Below, one piece after another: positions 46,870-59,040 of a stretch of 64,000 nt of DNA; the stretch's first letter is position 1; every line of letters starts with the position of its first letter. Position numbers and translations under genes: made by a program. The notes under the pieces are model-generated. The model searched no databases. It saw nothing but the letters and a program-made list of their open reading frames with translations, and was not told where the DNA came from. This stretch comes from Sminthopsis crassicaudata. Its lineage: Eukaryota. The stretch lies in contig NC_133618.1 in the NCBI RefSeq assembly GCF_048593235.1, positions 577,982,889-578,046,888 of the forward strand, given 5' to 3'.

Positions 46870-47050
46870 GCATGGTATCAATGGAAAGAGTACCAGGCCA
46901 GAGTAAGGAAACCTGGGTTCTAGAAATGCTTCTGTCCTAACTTACTATGATCTTTGAAAGTTGTTTCTTTAAAAATAGTAATAACAAAATGAACTTTATT
47001 CCTCCTGGACCTCAATTTCCTCATCTGTAAAATGAGGAGATTGGAATAAA
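46870..47050 (+). mobile_element. MIR SINE fragment
   Basis: 'acctgggttc...cctcaatttcctcatctgtaaaatgagg'. Confidence 0.65.
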
Positions 47051-47213
47051 ACACGGCTCTATTCCCCTCTCTTTTTATTCATTTTTCTGATTGTTTCCTT
47101 CAACACTAAAATGGGTTTAGGATGGAAAGATAGGACCTTACTTGCTGAAGATAGGAGTCAAGATAGAGACCCAGAGAGGAAAGGAAAGGGAAAAAGAGGA
47201 ATGAAGGAAGACC

Positions 47214-47497
47214 CAGTGGTTCTCAACTTGTTGGCTAAAAATTCTGGGAGTTGTGGAAATTTATTGTAAAGAGTCTGTGAATATATAAGTAAGCATACAG
47301 GATATATAATGTACATATTTTTCAAGTGTACATCACAGGAATAAAGCATAAAATTATTCTAGTCTTACTGAATTTGTAGTATTTTTTTATCTGTATTCAT
47401 AGACTTTTCCAAGGAGATAAACTATTTATACATGTTTATGTAGGTCCTACAACATTAAAAACGGCTACTTGTACCCTCAAAAAGTTGGAAAGCACTC
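47214..47497. mobile_element. hAT/Charlie-type non-autonomous DNA transposon
   Basis: Left terminus CAGTGGTTCTCAAC, degenerate inverted right terminus GTTGGAAAGCACTC; AT-rich interior; no clear 8-bp TSD. Confidence 0.6.
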
Positions 47498-47499
47498 CA

Positions 47500-47720
47500 C
47501 ACAGATATGAGCAGTGTGGTAGAGTGAATGAATGATTTGAAGTAGGGAAAAAATTAGCCTCAAATGTTGATTTACATATTTATTAGCTGTAAGTTTAGGA
47601 ATAAATCCCATCAATCTTTGTAAGTTTCACTTTCACCATCTGTAAAAAAAGGGATACTTACTTCACAGAGTTGGGAGGATCAAATGTACATAAATTACTA
47701 GGGTTATTCTCATAGTCCTG
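47500..47720 (+). mobile_element. MIR SINE fragment
   Basis: 'cagtgtggtagagtg...catctgtaaaaaaaggg...cttcacagagttgggaggatcaaatg'. Confidence 0.6.
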
Positions 47721-48179
47721 TGAAATTGTCAGCTCTTAGGTTTTCCCCAAATGTCCCAGCAGAGGGCCTAAAAAAGTACTCCTGGGAATAAAAAGAAAAA
47801 AAAAGTTTGCTTAATGTGTTTTTTCTTTAAAAATCTACCCCACAGACTCCCTCAGATTTTCTCCCTTTCCCTTCTTTCCCAACCAGCCTTTCCTGGAAAG
47901 CCTTTCCTGATCATGACAACCCACACCACTGACCCCCTCATCCCTGGGGAGCTGATGTGGATCTCCTAGGCCAGAAGAAACCCCCCGAGGCCAAGCCCCA
48001 GCTCCCCTCCCCCACAGCCAAGCAGCAATGGACAAGAATGGAGGGGGGACAGGGAGATAAAGGAGAAATGGGGATGGGGATGGGGATTCTTGGAGATGGA
48101 GACGAGGATAAGGATCTCAATTAGGATGGAGATGAGGGGGAAAAGGAAAAATGGGCAGATAATGATTTGTATAGACTAT

Positions 48180-48490
48180 CATCCAATAAGGGCTAGAATT
48201 CGCATCTAATTTAAAGTTTGCAAATTGTTTTATATAAGTTATCTCATTTGGTCCTCACAACCACCTTATACGGCAGGTGCTATAATCACCTCTTTTACAG
48301 GTAAGGAAACAGGATAATGGATTAAGTGATGGAGGATGGAGGTGACTGGAATCATAATAATGATAAAGGAAATTTAAGGTTTACGAACTGCTTTAAACAA
48401 GTTATCTCGTTAGATCCTCACCTCCAGAGGTTGTAGCTCTTATCACCCCATTTTACAGGTGAAGAAAATGAGGCTAAGAGATGAAGGGTC
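48180..48490 (-). mobile_element. Two adjacent MIR fragments
   Basis: Repeated 'ttatctc...tcctcac...ttttacagg...gaaa' motif in reverse orientation. Confidence 0.6.
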
Positions 48491-49560
48491 GGAGAATGGA
48501 GGGGAGGGGGCTGGAAATGGGCGCCGGGAGAGGTGGGGGATGGGCACAGCTTGGGGCGGAGGGGTGCAGGGGCAGCGGAGGAAAGAGGCGGGCGACCCGG
48601 GGCTGCAGGCCCCAAGGCCGCGCTCGCGCAGAGCAGAACGGGGGTCTCGGGCTCGCCGCCCGTAGAATTTCGGGTCTCCCCGACCCCGGGCCCAGTCCTG
48701 GACTCCCGCCTCCGCCCTCGACACGGTCTCCGGGTCACTGGGCCGGGTTAGGCCCCGCGGAGCGGCGGGGACGAGACGGAGAGGGGAAGGAAGGGGGAGG
48801 TCACCTGCTTTCCCGGCGCTGGCGCAGGCAGCCGCTCGTCCCGCGCAGCAGCGCAGTTCCCGCGCGCACCACCGAGAGAAGCGCGTCGTGGCCTAGAGCG
48901 GCCCCGTGCCGGCCATCTTTGATAAGGGAAGGAGGGGGCGAATGCGGGGGAAGGGGGCTTCCCTGAGTCTGACGTCATGGACTCTGACTTCGTTATCTAG
49001 TGCAGTCCCTTCAATTTAACATGGGAGAAGCGAGGTTCAGCCAGAGCAACAGTGGTCCCCGGAGGTCAGCATCCCCTTTTACATAGGGGTACTGAGGCGC
49101 AAAGAGCAGTTCAGGGGCGCGGTGCGGAAGAGACCCGAGATTAGAAGCCGGTTTTAAGACTCCCGAGCAGGGCTGTTTCCTCCTTCCTTTGGGCTGCCCC
49201 GTCCCTGCCCCTCCGTTTGCTCGTTTGTCCGGCGCGTCTAACTGCGAGCCCGTTCGGGGTTTCCCGCAGAGATCCTGGCGTGTCCTTCCCAGCTCGGTTA
49301 CAGATCGGTCCCTCTACTAACCCCCAACACCGAAGAACTCGTCAGTAACCCGCCTAGAGTCTAAGTCTTAGTGCGACGGGAAAAGTCCGAGAGCCCGGCT
49401 CCAAATTCTGCTCCAGTGCCTCCACCGCGCGTGTCCTTCACGCCGTCTGCCTCAGTGTCCCCATCTGCAAAATGAGCTAAGGAAGGAAAAGGCGGACTAA
49501 GGCGGCGCCTCTGCCGCACGGACCCCGGGGGTTACGAAGAGTAAATGTAACTGAAACAAC
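48430..49560. promoter_or_regulatory. CUEDC2: CUEDC2 CpG-island promoter and non-coding exon 1
   Basis: CpG-dense; - strand donor CAG|GTGACC at 48804; YY1-like CGGCCATCTT 48910-48919; palindromic CRE TGACGTCA 48970-48977. Confidence 0.75.
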
Positions 49561-51390
49561 TAAACAACCACAAAAACCTCTGCCAAACCAACCTTAAAAA
49601 GAGTCTTTTAAATTTTAAATTCTTTTTGCATCAAGATGGATGTAAAACACTGACGCAGCGCATCATGAAAAGGAAATCTGTATAACGAGAAGGTGCTTTA
49701 CGTTGTACTTTTGGGTTTGTTTTACGTTATTACATTTGGAACTATTCTGAAGCTGTTAATTTAAGAATGTTGCAGGTTTCACACGATCCTCCCCCAAAAA
49801 CTAAACCCAAAACTTTTAGATTTTGGTTCTGTTCCCTGCCAGCGAGGGGCCCAGAGTCAGATTCTCATTCTCTCCTTCTGTCCTTCCAGGCTCGCTTTCC
49901 TCGTCCCTCCCTCCAGAAAAGGCCTCGATCCTTTCCCCACCTGCAGGGGCTGGGCTCCGAGATGCCCGGTTTCTAAGTCCTTGGGGCACGGAGGGCCGGG
50001 CTCGGATTACAGCCTTCCCGACATTGGCATTTGTGCCCGGGGCTGGACAAGGGTTAGAGTAAAACCTGCGTGAGGGGCTCCTAAAGCTCCGAGGAGACTA
50101 CCCCCTCCCCCAGGGAAGGAACAAGAACGGAGGAAAAAGATGCTTGCAGGAGAAGGTTCGGAGTCTGAGCCGCTCTGGCGGGTGTCAAGGCCAGGAAGCT
50201 GCCACAATGACTCAGGGAGGGGATGTTCGGAGTTTCCCAATCGTGGCAGTGAGCCAGTCACTATGGTCCCCCACTCTGGTCCCCTGACTTTATTTCCTCT
50301 TTAAGAATCTAAGCTGAAAGTGACCTGGGGCCACTAGAATGGGAGCTTGAAAACAAGAATTCTTTGTCTTCTTTCTTTTTGAACCCAGTGCTCGCCCAGT
50401 GCCAGGCACATGGTATTATTGACTGACATGAGAGCACTGGAGGGCCCAGCGCGAGGGAAGAGCCACCTTAGTCAGCCAAGCGTGTTCTTGGAAGAGGAGG
50501 CAGCTAGGAAAACCCAAGCGCCAATTTCCTAAAGGTGAGTAAACCGAGTCCACAAAGACTCACAGTCGGAAAAGGAGCCGCCATCCCCTCCTCTTCCCCT
50601 CCTTTTTGTTCCATTTAGTGCCTCTCCCCTTCCCTCCTCCTAGACTTACTGTCTGTGTGCCTGAATTATGGGCTGTATGTGAGCTGGAAGCTCCAGCACC
50701 ATTTAAAACAAGGGAGAGCAACAGAAGGGTTAACAAGGGGCTGCCAGTTTGAACCTCAGACAAGGGGCCCCGAGGAGGGGATGGGGACTAGGCCCCTAGC
50801 CTTCATCTTCCCCTCCCCCCCAGCCTGGCCTCCAAAGGTCTGCCCCCAGCCCTCCAGTCACACCCCCACAGTACCTTAAGTGGCCTCTTCATTGCACAAT
50901 CCCTAATGACGAAGCTTCCCACATTCCGAGAACTTTCCCATTTCCTCTCCAGATGGCCCCATGGGTTTCCACCCCCACCAGCCCTCTTTATCTTGCCCTC
51001 CTCTCTTCTTTCTACCCCCACCCCATGCTGCTCAGCTAGAAGAAGAGGGGTTAAGAAAAAACATGTTTTAACTCCACAGCTTTTAGATTGCTAGGAAAGT
51101 TGGGGAGAATGATGAGTGCCCTCCAATCTTGAGTCTGAACGCAGAGATAACTTCTTCTGCCCTTTGATTCATCCTCTACTCTTAAGTTTCTGGTTGGCTG
51201 GGATGGGAGATGGGACGAGGTATTGTCCTTTTCAGATGGGGGGCTGGGAAATAGATTTACAGACATATAAAAGGAACCCTTTTAGCCCCACCTTCCCCCA
51301 ATTGTTGGGGGTTTCAAGCAGGCAACTTTCTTGGGCATTCATTCCCAACTCTTTTTATTTGGCTAACAAAAGCACTACTTCCTTAGACTC

Positions 51391-51578
51391 CAGCTTCTTA
51401 AAACTGTGGTTCAAAGTCCCATACGGGGTCTTATAACTCAATGTGAGGATAACAAAATTATGCTTTATCATCAGTAAATGTTTGGTTTCTATTCCTATTT
51501 CATATACCTATAGATCTGGGGTCCTGTAAAAATTTCTTGGATGAAAAGTCAGGACCAGAAAAAGTTTAAGAAGCCCTG
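51391..51578. mobile_element. hAT-type MITE, same family as 2497-2676
   Basis: Inverted termini cagcttctta(a)aact / agtttaagaagccctg; internal similarity to the GBF1-intron copy. Confidence 0.7.
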
Positions 51579-52186
51579 CCTTAAACCACCACATGCAATC
51601 TCAGTTTTTCCTTCCAAAAAACCCAGCAATATTAGCATCCAGATCCCCCAGAAAGAACTCAAGGATATCATTCATTTAGCTGATTATTTTTCCACTCTCC
51701 AGCTGAGCAGCTAGGTTGGTCCTGAGTGTCCCCAGCCTCCTCTCCTTATTTCCCCCGTACTCCAAAGATCCACCTGTGCTTTCCATTCTCATTAAAGACG
51801 TTCTCTTCACCTACCCATGCAATTTGTAATTCCCACCCTTTTTATTTTAATTTGATTCCTAGGGTCCTATTCTAATATAGGTAGGACCACCCCGCCACTT
51901 TCATGGGTCCATTGTAAGGATCACCTAAAAGTTTTCTACAGTTATTTTGATTATCTCAGTTTACAATTAATGTAATAGGATCAGAAAGGAGGGAACAATG
52001 TTACAAAGCCATCGGCAGATCTGAAACGCAAATCTAGATCCCTTGTTTCTCTAGACTAGTGTACTTTCCATCAAATGGAATGATGCTTCCTTTTTAGGGA
52101 AAGGGGCTAGGGGATTGTTCTCTAGCTAAAGCTGAGATTTAAATTACAGGGGAAAGACGTGGGTCAGACTTCCTTAACTTTGAGGC

Positions 52187-52345
52187 NNNNNNNNNNNNNN
52201 NNNNNNNNNNNNNNNNNNNNNNNNNNNNNNNNNNNNNNNNNNNNNNNNNNNNNNNNNNNNNNNNNNNNNNNNNNNNNNNNNNNNNNNNNNNNNNNNNNNN
52301 NNNNNNNNNNNNNNNNNNNNNNNNNNNNNNNNNNNNNNNNNNNNN
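52187..52345. other. Assembly gap
   Basis: Run of N. Confidence 1.
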
Positions 52346-52901
52346 GAGCACCACATCTGGGGGCAGATGAAATGGCTGTTTCCTCTTCCTTTCCTCCCTA
52401 CTGAAAAGGCATTGATCCTTTCCCCACCTCTAAAGGCTGGGGCCCCAGCTAAGGGGATAAGTAATCAAGAGAAGGGTGGGAATTCCCAAAGGGAATTTGT
52501 ATTCTTGCCGGGGTCAGGGTCTGGGAGGATTCTACAAGCAAAAAGCCCTAGCCTCCCACACTTTCCTCCCTTCTCAGAAGATCAGGCTGGGGCAGGCAGA
52601 GGGCAAGGGGTGGGGTAAGGGATCCTGTTTAAGAAGCCCTGAGTAAGCCAGGGCTCAGTGCCTGGCTGAGAGGAGACTGAAAATCGAGGGGAGTCTCGGT
52701 GAGTGCACCAGAAGGGACAGATGCTTTGTCCACCCCCTCATGTCCTACTGAATTCAGCTTTTGGGGGGTGTAAGGATGGGAGAGGAGGCCCCTGCCCCCA
52801 CGACTTTCTAGGGAAGGGGAGGCAGCACTACCAACTGGGCAGGATTGGCTTCTTCCCCAGACTGAGGATCTTCCCCTGCCCTGTCCCCTGGAATAGCCCT
52901 T

Positions 52902-52931
52902 GAAAGTGAAAGTATCTTTCTGGGAAATCCT
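52902..52931. promoter_or_regulatory. Candidate IRF-E + GAS + kB composite element upstream of MIR146B
   Basis: GAAAGTGAAAGT 52902-52913, TTCTGGGAA 52918-52926, overlapping GGGAAATCCT 52922-52931. Confidence 0.55.
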
Positions 52932-52944
52932 TTTTAATAGAATC

Positions 52945-53090
52945 ACAGAATATTAGAGTTGGAAGGGATCTTAGCATCTAGTCCACTCTGTCATTTTTAT
53001 AGCTAAGGAAACTGAGTCCCGAAGACAGTGTTTTACAAAGCTAGTAAGTCACATGGTTTACTGGGAATTGAACCAAAGTCTTGTTTCCAC
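52945..53090 (-). mobile_element. MIR-type SINE fragment
   Basis: 'agaatcacagaatattagagttggaagggatcttag...ggaaactgag...gggaattgaacc'. Confidence 0.65.
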
Positions 53091-53414
53091 ATCACCATTG
53101 CTTCTTACTCGTCCCTGGCTCTTCTCTCATCCTCTCCTTTCCCCTCCCATTCTCTCCCTCACTTCCTCTCCTTGCTGGAGCTACAAACAGACAGGGATAA
53201 GAACAAGGTCCAACTCCTGGTGGTCCCCTGTCAGGGCAAGACCTGCCCACCATCATTATAGGATCTCCATTGGTCCTAGGACCTCACTATCCTTCCGTAA
53301 TGCTTCAGAGGTAGATTCCATTATCTGTATCTTTCTGGGGAGAGGAGGAAAGTCATTTCTTTTCCTTCTCACAGTTCTTCTCTCAATGCTACCAGCTGCT
53401 CACTATCTAGAGAA

Positions 53415-53590
53415 AGAAATCTTAACCTGGGGTCCATGAACTCCATTGTTTTTAGGGATATTTTACTAACTGTATTTCAATATAATTGTTTTTCTTTGCA
53501 ATCTCATTTATTTTATTTTATGCATTTAAAGGCATTATTCTGGGAAGGGGTCCATGATACAAAAAAAAAAATGATAATTAAAAACTTCTG
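53415..53590. mobile_element. hAT-type MITE (second family)
   Basis: 'cttaacctggggtccatgaac...ttcaatataattg...ttatgcatttaaa...attctgggaagggg'; related copy at 57140-57347. Confidence 0.55.
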
Positions 53591-54018
53591 GTCAAAGACA
53601 AGCCCTTGGCTAGAACACCAAAGTTAAGGTAAAGACCCTTCTAGGAGGAGGGGGAGTGAATCCTTAAATGGTGGGAGGCAGATAGATAAGAGCATGCAAA
53701 GTGGGAATGGGTGCAGAGGATCTTATGATCCTCCTCATGTACTTCTACCATAGATCATACTCCTCATCATACTCCTCATACCTTCTCTGGAGAGGACAAA
53801 TGCTTAATCCAGGCCAGAGGCTAGTGAACAGGTAAGAAAAAAAAAAACTCTGCTATCCCAAAGTAAAAAAGGAAAACAACTAAAAGGGAAGGTATTCAAT
53901 CTCCAGAAATGCTGGTGGCTACTAAACAGAGAAAGGAGCTGTAATAGGGGTATAGTGACATTTATAAAATCTCCTGGTTTATAAATAAAGACCTTCTTCT
54001 GACTTCCCCAATACAAAA

Positions 54019-54049
<31 letters not shown>

Positions 54050-54584
54050 GAAAAGAAAAGAAAAGAAATTACTCAGAACTTCCTGGAGGCAGAAGAATGG
54101 AGGCAATGGCCTTATGAGGCCATCCTTACCGACTCAAGGAATATTACATTCTAGACTTCGTCCAAAGGGATTGTATTTAGGGGTAAAAGCTTAGAAAGGA
54201 ATGTAAGGTTTAGCTAAGTCTATGGAAAAGCTGAAGCTGAACTCTGACCCTCACATTTTACCCTTCTGGACCCCAGACCTACTTTAGGATGGAGTCAATT
54301 TCTATGGGCTCAGAATTTTTCAGTGTGAGCCTTCATACTATAGAATCCACAAAGGATACCAAACCAGAGTTTGATTTTAATATTTTATTGATTGTCTAAA
54401 CTTAAGAAAATGTTAATAGTTCACATTAAACTTAAAAGTATGTCTTGGATACAATAATTTTTCAGAGAGTCTAGAAGCATCCCCTGCCTAAGATTAGTGT
54501 CATCCTGCTTTTATCTGACCCCATTTTTTAAACCAGTGTCTAATGCCCAAACGTGATGCTCTTGCTTGTGCCCACATGTTGGCA

Positions 54585-54658
54585 TCTGGCTCTGAGAACT
54601 GAATTCCATAGGCTGTGAGCTCATGCAGATGCCCTAGGAAGTCAGTTCTGGAGCCCGG
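54585..54658 (+). ncRNA. MIR146B: microRNA mir-146b precursor
   Basis: Mature 5p TGAGAACTGAATTCCATAGGCTG at 54593-54615 is identical to miR-146b-5p; the 3p arm (about 54630-54652, TGCCCTAGGAAGTCAGTTCTGG) pairs back; apical UGUG motif; syntenic upstream of CUEDC2 as in human. Confidence 0.97.
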
Positions 54659-54954
54659 TGGCCTCAATCTAGTGGAGTCTAGATGCCTAAAGAGGCAAAG
54701 ACACTGTACTAGTAATCTAATTGTGCAATACTCCCGTAAATCTGTCTCAGCAACCGTCTCCAAGGCTCTGGGTCAGCTCGACAATTCCTGGAGCCTTAGC
54801 TATTTCAACCACTAACTTTGACACAGATTAGTCCTTGCACCTTTGCACCTGTTTCCCCTTCACAGTGTTCTCTCCCCCATTGTTTATATCCTATCCCATC
54901 CTTCAAAGTCCTGTCAATTTCTGCCTCTTGCATCTGAGGCAGGTCGGCAGTGAC

Positions 54955-55195
54955 GGTCAATGGAATGCTGGACCTGGAGTTGGAAAACCTGAGATCAAAC
55001 TTGACTTTGGACACTTGCTAGCCATGTGACCCTGAGCAGGTCATTTAGCCTCAGTCTGTTTCAGTTTCTTCAGCTGTAAAAGATTGTAATAATAGTACCT
55101 ACCTCACGGTTGTTGTGAGAATCAAAATACTTAAATACTTAAAATACTTAAAGTATACTCCATACAGAGTAAGAGCTTAATAAATGCTTATTCTT
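54955..55195 (+). mobile_element. MIR SINE
   Basis: 'ggacctggagttggaaaacctgagatcaaac...tagccatgtgaccctgagcaggtcattt...cagtttcttcagctgtaaaa...gttgttgtgagaatcaaa'. Confidence 0.75.
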
Positions 55196-55303
55196 CCTTT
55201 TCTTCTAAGGAAGACTTGCCTGGTCATCTCACTTCATTCTGGGATCTTCATCCTTTGGAGCTTTCAGTGATTCCCATCTAAGTAGAAATGAGTGCTTGTG
55301 GCC

Positions 55304-55443
55304 NNNNNNNNNNNNNNNNNNNNNNNNNNNNNNNNNNNNNNNNNNNNNNNNNNNNNNNNNNNNNNNNNNNNNNNNNNNNNNNNNNNNNNNNNNNNNNNNN
55401 NNNNNNNNNNNNNNNNNNNNNNNNNNNNNNNNNNNNNNNNNNN
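55304..55443. other. Assembly gap
   Basis: Run of N. Confidence 1.
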
Positions 55444-57139
55444 TCTGTGTGTCTCTGTCTCTTTCTTGTATTTCTGCCTAGTCTGTGCTTCCATCTCTAC
55501 TAGTATTCTGCCTCTCCATATCTGTGCACAAATATTATCTCTACTCTTAAATTATAAACTTGACAGAGCCAGAGATCGTGTCTTTGTGAAACATTGTTTG
55601 TCTTCCAGCACCTGGCATAATGTTCTGTACAGAGGATTGAATCAATATTCATGGAACGAATGAAATTCTTCCTTGAATGAAGTCACATCTGACCTAGGAT
55701 CTTGAGTTCTTGGAGTATGTGTCATATTCCTCTGCAGTCCATGACCCAGATCTTCATTCAGTTCACTCGAGTTCTGTAATCCACACATTGAAAGTATTCT
55801 TAAGAAATTAAAAATTAATATTATAAAAAGAAATTCTCCTAATTCCTTCGGCCCTCTCCTCCGATTGTATGCACCCCCCCCACCAGAGCCACAGTTAAAG
55901 ACAGTGCCTAAACCAGCTCAGCCTCATTCTTCTTAAGAGTATCCCCTGACCTCCGCTACTATACTTTCCTTGGAAACCTTAGTCCCCCACAATCCCTAGA
56001 TTTTCAGCTTCCTTTTATGCATTTTCTTCCCTTATTAAAATATAAGCCTTTTGAAGGCAGAAGCCTTATTTCCCTCTACTTGTATTTATATTCTCAGCAT
56101 TTAGCATTAATGCCTAGCATATAGTGAATGGGAAGCTGAGTTTTCCTTGCATGTGTAATTTGACATAAAATAAATCCCTACTTGCCATTAAAGATTAGAA
56201 ATTCTAACAAAAAATTTTAAAGCTTTTTATTTTCAAAACATATGCGTAGTTTTCACGTTCACCCTTACAAAACCTTGAGTTTCAAATTAAAAACTCTTTT
56301 TAAAGATGACATTTAAATCTATCCCTCATATTGCAATCCTCTTCTCCTCTGTGTGTGGCACCCTAAAGGAGCTGCCTAATTTTCCTCCTTTTAGTCCCAG
56401 AGCTGGGGCTCAGTAAAGACTTAGAAGAAATGGCAGATTACTTAAGCATCCAAGAACTAGAAGCAAAAATACTGGAATGGGTGTGCCATTTCTCTCTTCA
56501 GCTCATTCCACAGATGAGGAAATTGAAGTAAACAGGGGAAGTGATTTGACCAGCGTCATACAACTAGTAAGTGTTTGACTCCATATTGGGAGCTCTGTCT
56601 ATTAAACCATTTAGCTGGTGCTTCACTCTTACTGTCTGGTACATATTCTGGCTTTCCTTATTTCCAATTTTACTATTAAACTTGGATAGATGGGTTTCTT
56701 AGCCACCTCCTGTGTGTGTTTACAGTGGAACTGGTTTTTGGTAGGAAGGGAATCAAACCTTCAGTTTAAACCTTGGGGTCCTGCTTCCCCCATTAATGAA
56801 ACAATGATCAGAAATTAGCTTGAACTTGGCAACTCTATCTCCTAGGCTAAAAATTTCTAAGGGAGTAAATTGACATAATTCTAGTTCAATACTCATTTTC
56901 ACTGAGGAGAGCAGAGCAGAGCAGCTAAGTTTCTGGCCCTGACCTTCTGCTTCTCTTCCCTACAGAAAATAAAAAGTTATCCTTGCAGAAAAATCTGGAG
57001 AGAAAGGGATAGAAATGTCCATTTTGCCTCTTTTCAAGCCACACAACAATACCTCCATGTTATATGTGGGAGACAGTTCTCATAACACTTCTATAAAATA
57101 GGGGAATTAGATTAGATGATTTTACGAATGTTTCTCCTA

Positions 57140-57347
57140 AAGAATCCATGCATAGATTTGGAGGATCTGTGAAATCAATGGGAAAAAAATGCATTTTTTC
57201 AATATAATTGGGTTTCTTTGTAATACATATATATATTTATATATTCTTTTTTTATGCATTTAAAATCATTACTCTGAGAAGGGATCTATAGGTTTTAACA
57301 GTCTACCAAAGGGGTCAGTAAAGCTGAAAAGGTTAAAGCCCCCTGAT
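57140..57347. mobile_element. hAT-type MITE, related to 53415-53590
   Basis: Shared 'ttcaatataattg', 'ttatgcatttaaaa', 'tctg(a/g)gaaggg'; right end 'aaggttaaagccccctg'. Confidence 0.55.
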
Positions 57348-57409
57348 TTAAGTGTATAATCCTATTGATCCTATAAAGCAGACCTGGGAAGTTAGATCCG
57401 ACTGAAAAT

Positions 57410-57660
57410 ACAGATCTGGATTTAGAGTGTTAGCAAGACCTGTGTTTAAATTCAGCTTCAGACTTTTATAGTTATGGGACCCCAAGCAAGTCAGTTAACT
57501 TGTCTTTTCCTCAGTTTCCTTAAATGTAAAATGGGGATAATATTAGCATCTTCTTCACAGGATTGTTGTGAGGATCAAATGAGGACATATTTGTAAAGCA
57601 CTTATCATAGTGCTTGGAACATAGTAAGTGCTATATGAATGCTAGTTACTTAACAGTTGT
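57410..57660 (+). mobile_element. MIR SINE with (ATT)n tail
   Basis: 'caagtcagttaac...cctcagtttccttaaatgtaaaatgggg...gttgtgaggatcaaatgag', then tattattatt. Confidence 0.75.
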
Positions 57661-58015
57661 CATTATTATTATTATTATTATTATTATCATCTGGCTCAAA
57701 GGTAGATGTAATTACTGATTTCAAGATATCAAGACCTCAAGCATTAGACACTGGAGATTACTGGATCTGAAAGTTTGGTTTTTATTTTTTTAAACCTGAC
57801 TGGCACCTATAAAAGTAGCAAGGTGAAATGATGACTAGGAATAAAGAATGCCTGTGACATTTACATCATGATGTTATTTTGGTTCTCTGAGCCCTAAGGA
57901 AAAACAATTGATGGTGGGCAAATTATTTAATTTGTCTCAGTCTCAGTTTCCTAAAGTGGGAATACTTATAATAGCTACTTCATAGAGATGTTGGATTTTA
58001 AAAATTGAACCTTTT

Positions 58016-59040
58016 GTTCTGACAAAGGTCTCATTTCCAAAATATATAGAGAACTGACCCTAATTTATAAGAAATCAAACCATCCTCCAATTGATAAATG
58101 GTCAAAGGATATGAACAGACAATTCTCAGATGATGAAATTGAAATTATATCCACTCATATGAAAGAGTTCCAAATCACTACTGATCAGAGAAATGCAAAT
58201 TAAGACAACTCTGAGATACCACTACACACCTGTCAGATTGGCTAAGATGACAGGAACAAATAATGATGAATGTTGGAGGGGCTGTGGGAAAACTGGGACA
58301 CTGATGCATTGTTGGTGGAGTTGTGAAAGAATCCAGCCATTCTGGAGAGCAATTTGGAACTATGCCCAAAAAGTTGTCAAACTTTGACCCAGCATTGCTG
58401 TTATTGGGATTATATCCCAAAGAAATACTAAAGAAGGGAAAGGGACCTGTGTGTGCCAAAATGTTTGTGGCAGCTCTTTTTGTTGTAGCTAGAAACTGGA
58501 AGATGAATGGATGTCCATCAGTTGGAGAATGGTTGGGTAAATTATGGTATATGAAGGCTATGGCATATTATTTCTCTGTAAGAAATGACCAGCAGGAGGA
58601 ATACAGAGAGGCTTGGAGAGACTTACATGAACTGATGCTGAGTGAAATGAATAGAACCAGAAGATCACTGTACACTTCAATGCTGTATGAAGATATATTC
58701 TGATGGAAGTGGATATCTTCAACATAAAGAAGATCCAACTCACTTCAATGATGGACAGAAATAACTACACCCAGAGAAGGAACACTGAAAAGTGAATGTA
58801 AATTGTTAGCACTACTGTCTATCTACCCAGGTTACTTATACCTTCGGAATCCAATACTTAACTTACACACATATATTGTATCTGGGTTATAGTGTAACAC
58901 ATGTAAAATGTATGCGATTGTCTGTCTTCGGGGGGAGGGAGTGGAGGTGGGGGATAATTTGGAAAAAATGAATACAAGGGATAATGTTATAAAAAAAGCT
59001 CATGCATATATACTGTGGAAAAAAAATTCTAAATAAAAAA
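58016..59040 (+). mobile_element. Young 5'-truncated L1 (ORF2 C-terminus, 3' UTR, poly-A) with 16-bp TSD
   Basis: ORF2 peptides [19 protein letters not shown] and HCWWSC (cysteine-rich domain); TSD AAAAATTGAACCTTTT at 58000-58015 and 59041-59056; TTTT|AAAAA endonuclease site. Confidence 0.95.

Noticed and set aside
54500-54815. ORFs overlapping mir-146b on both strands
   Set aside because: Short, no recognisable protein; the conserved feature here is the hairpin.
58178-58743. ORFs of 60-126 aa as a possible host gene
   Set aside because: Frameshifted L1 ORF2 remnants inside a TSD-flanked insertion.
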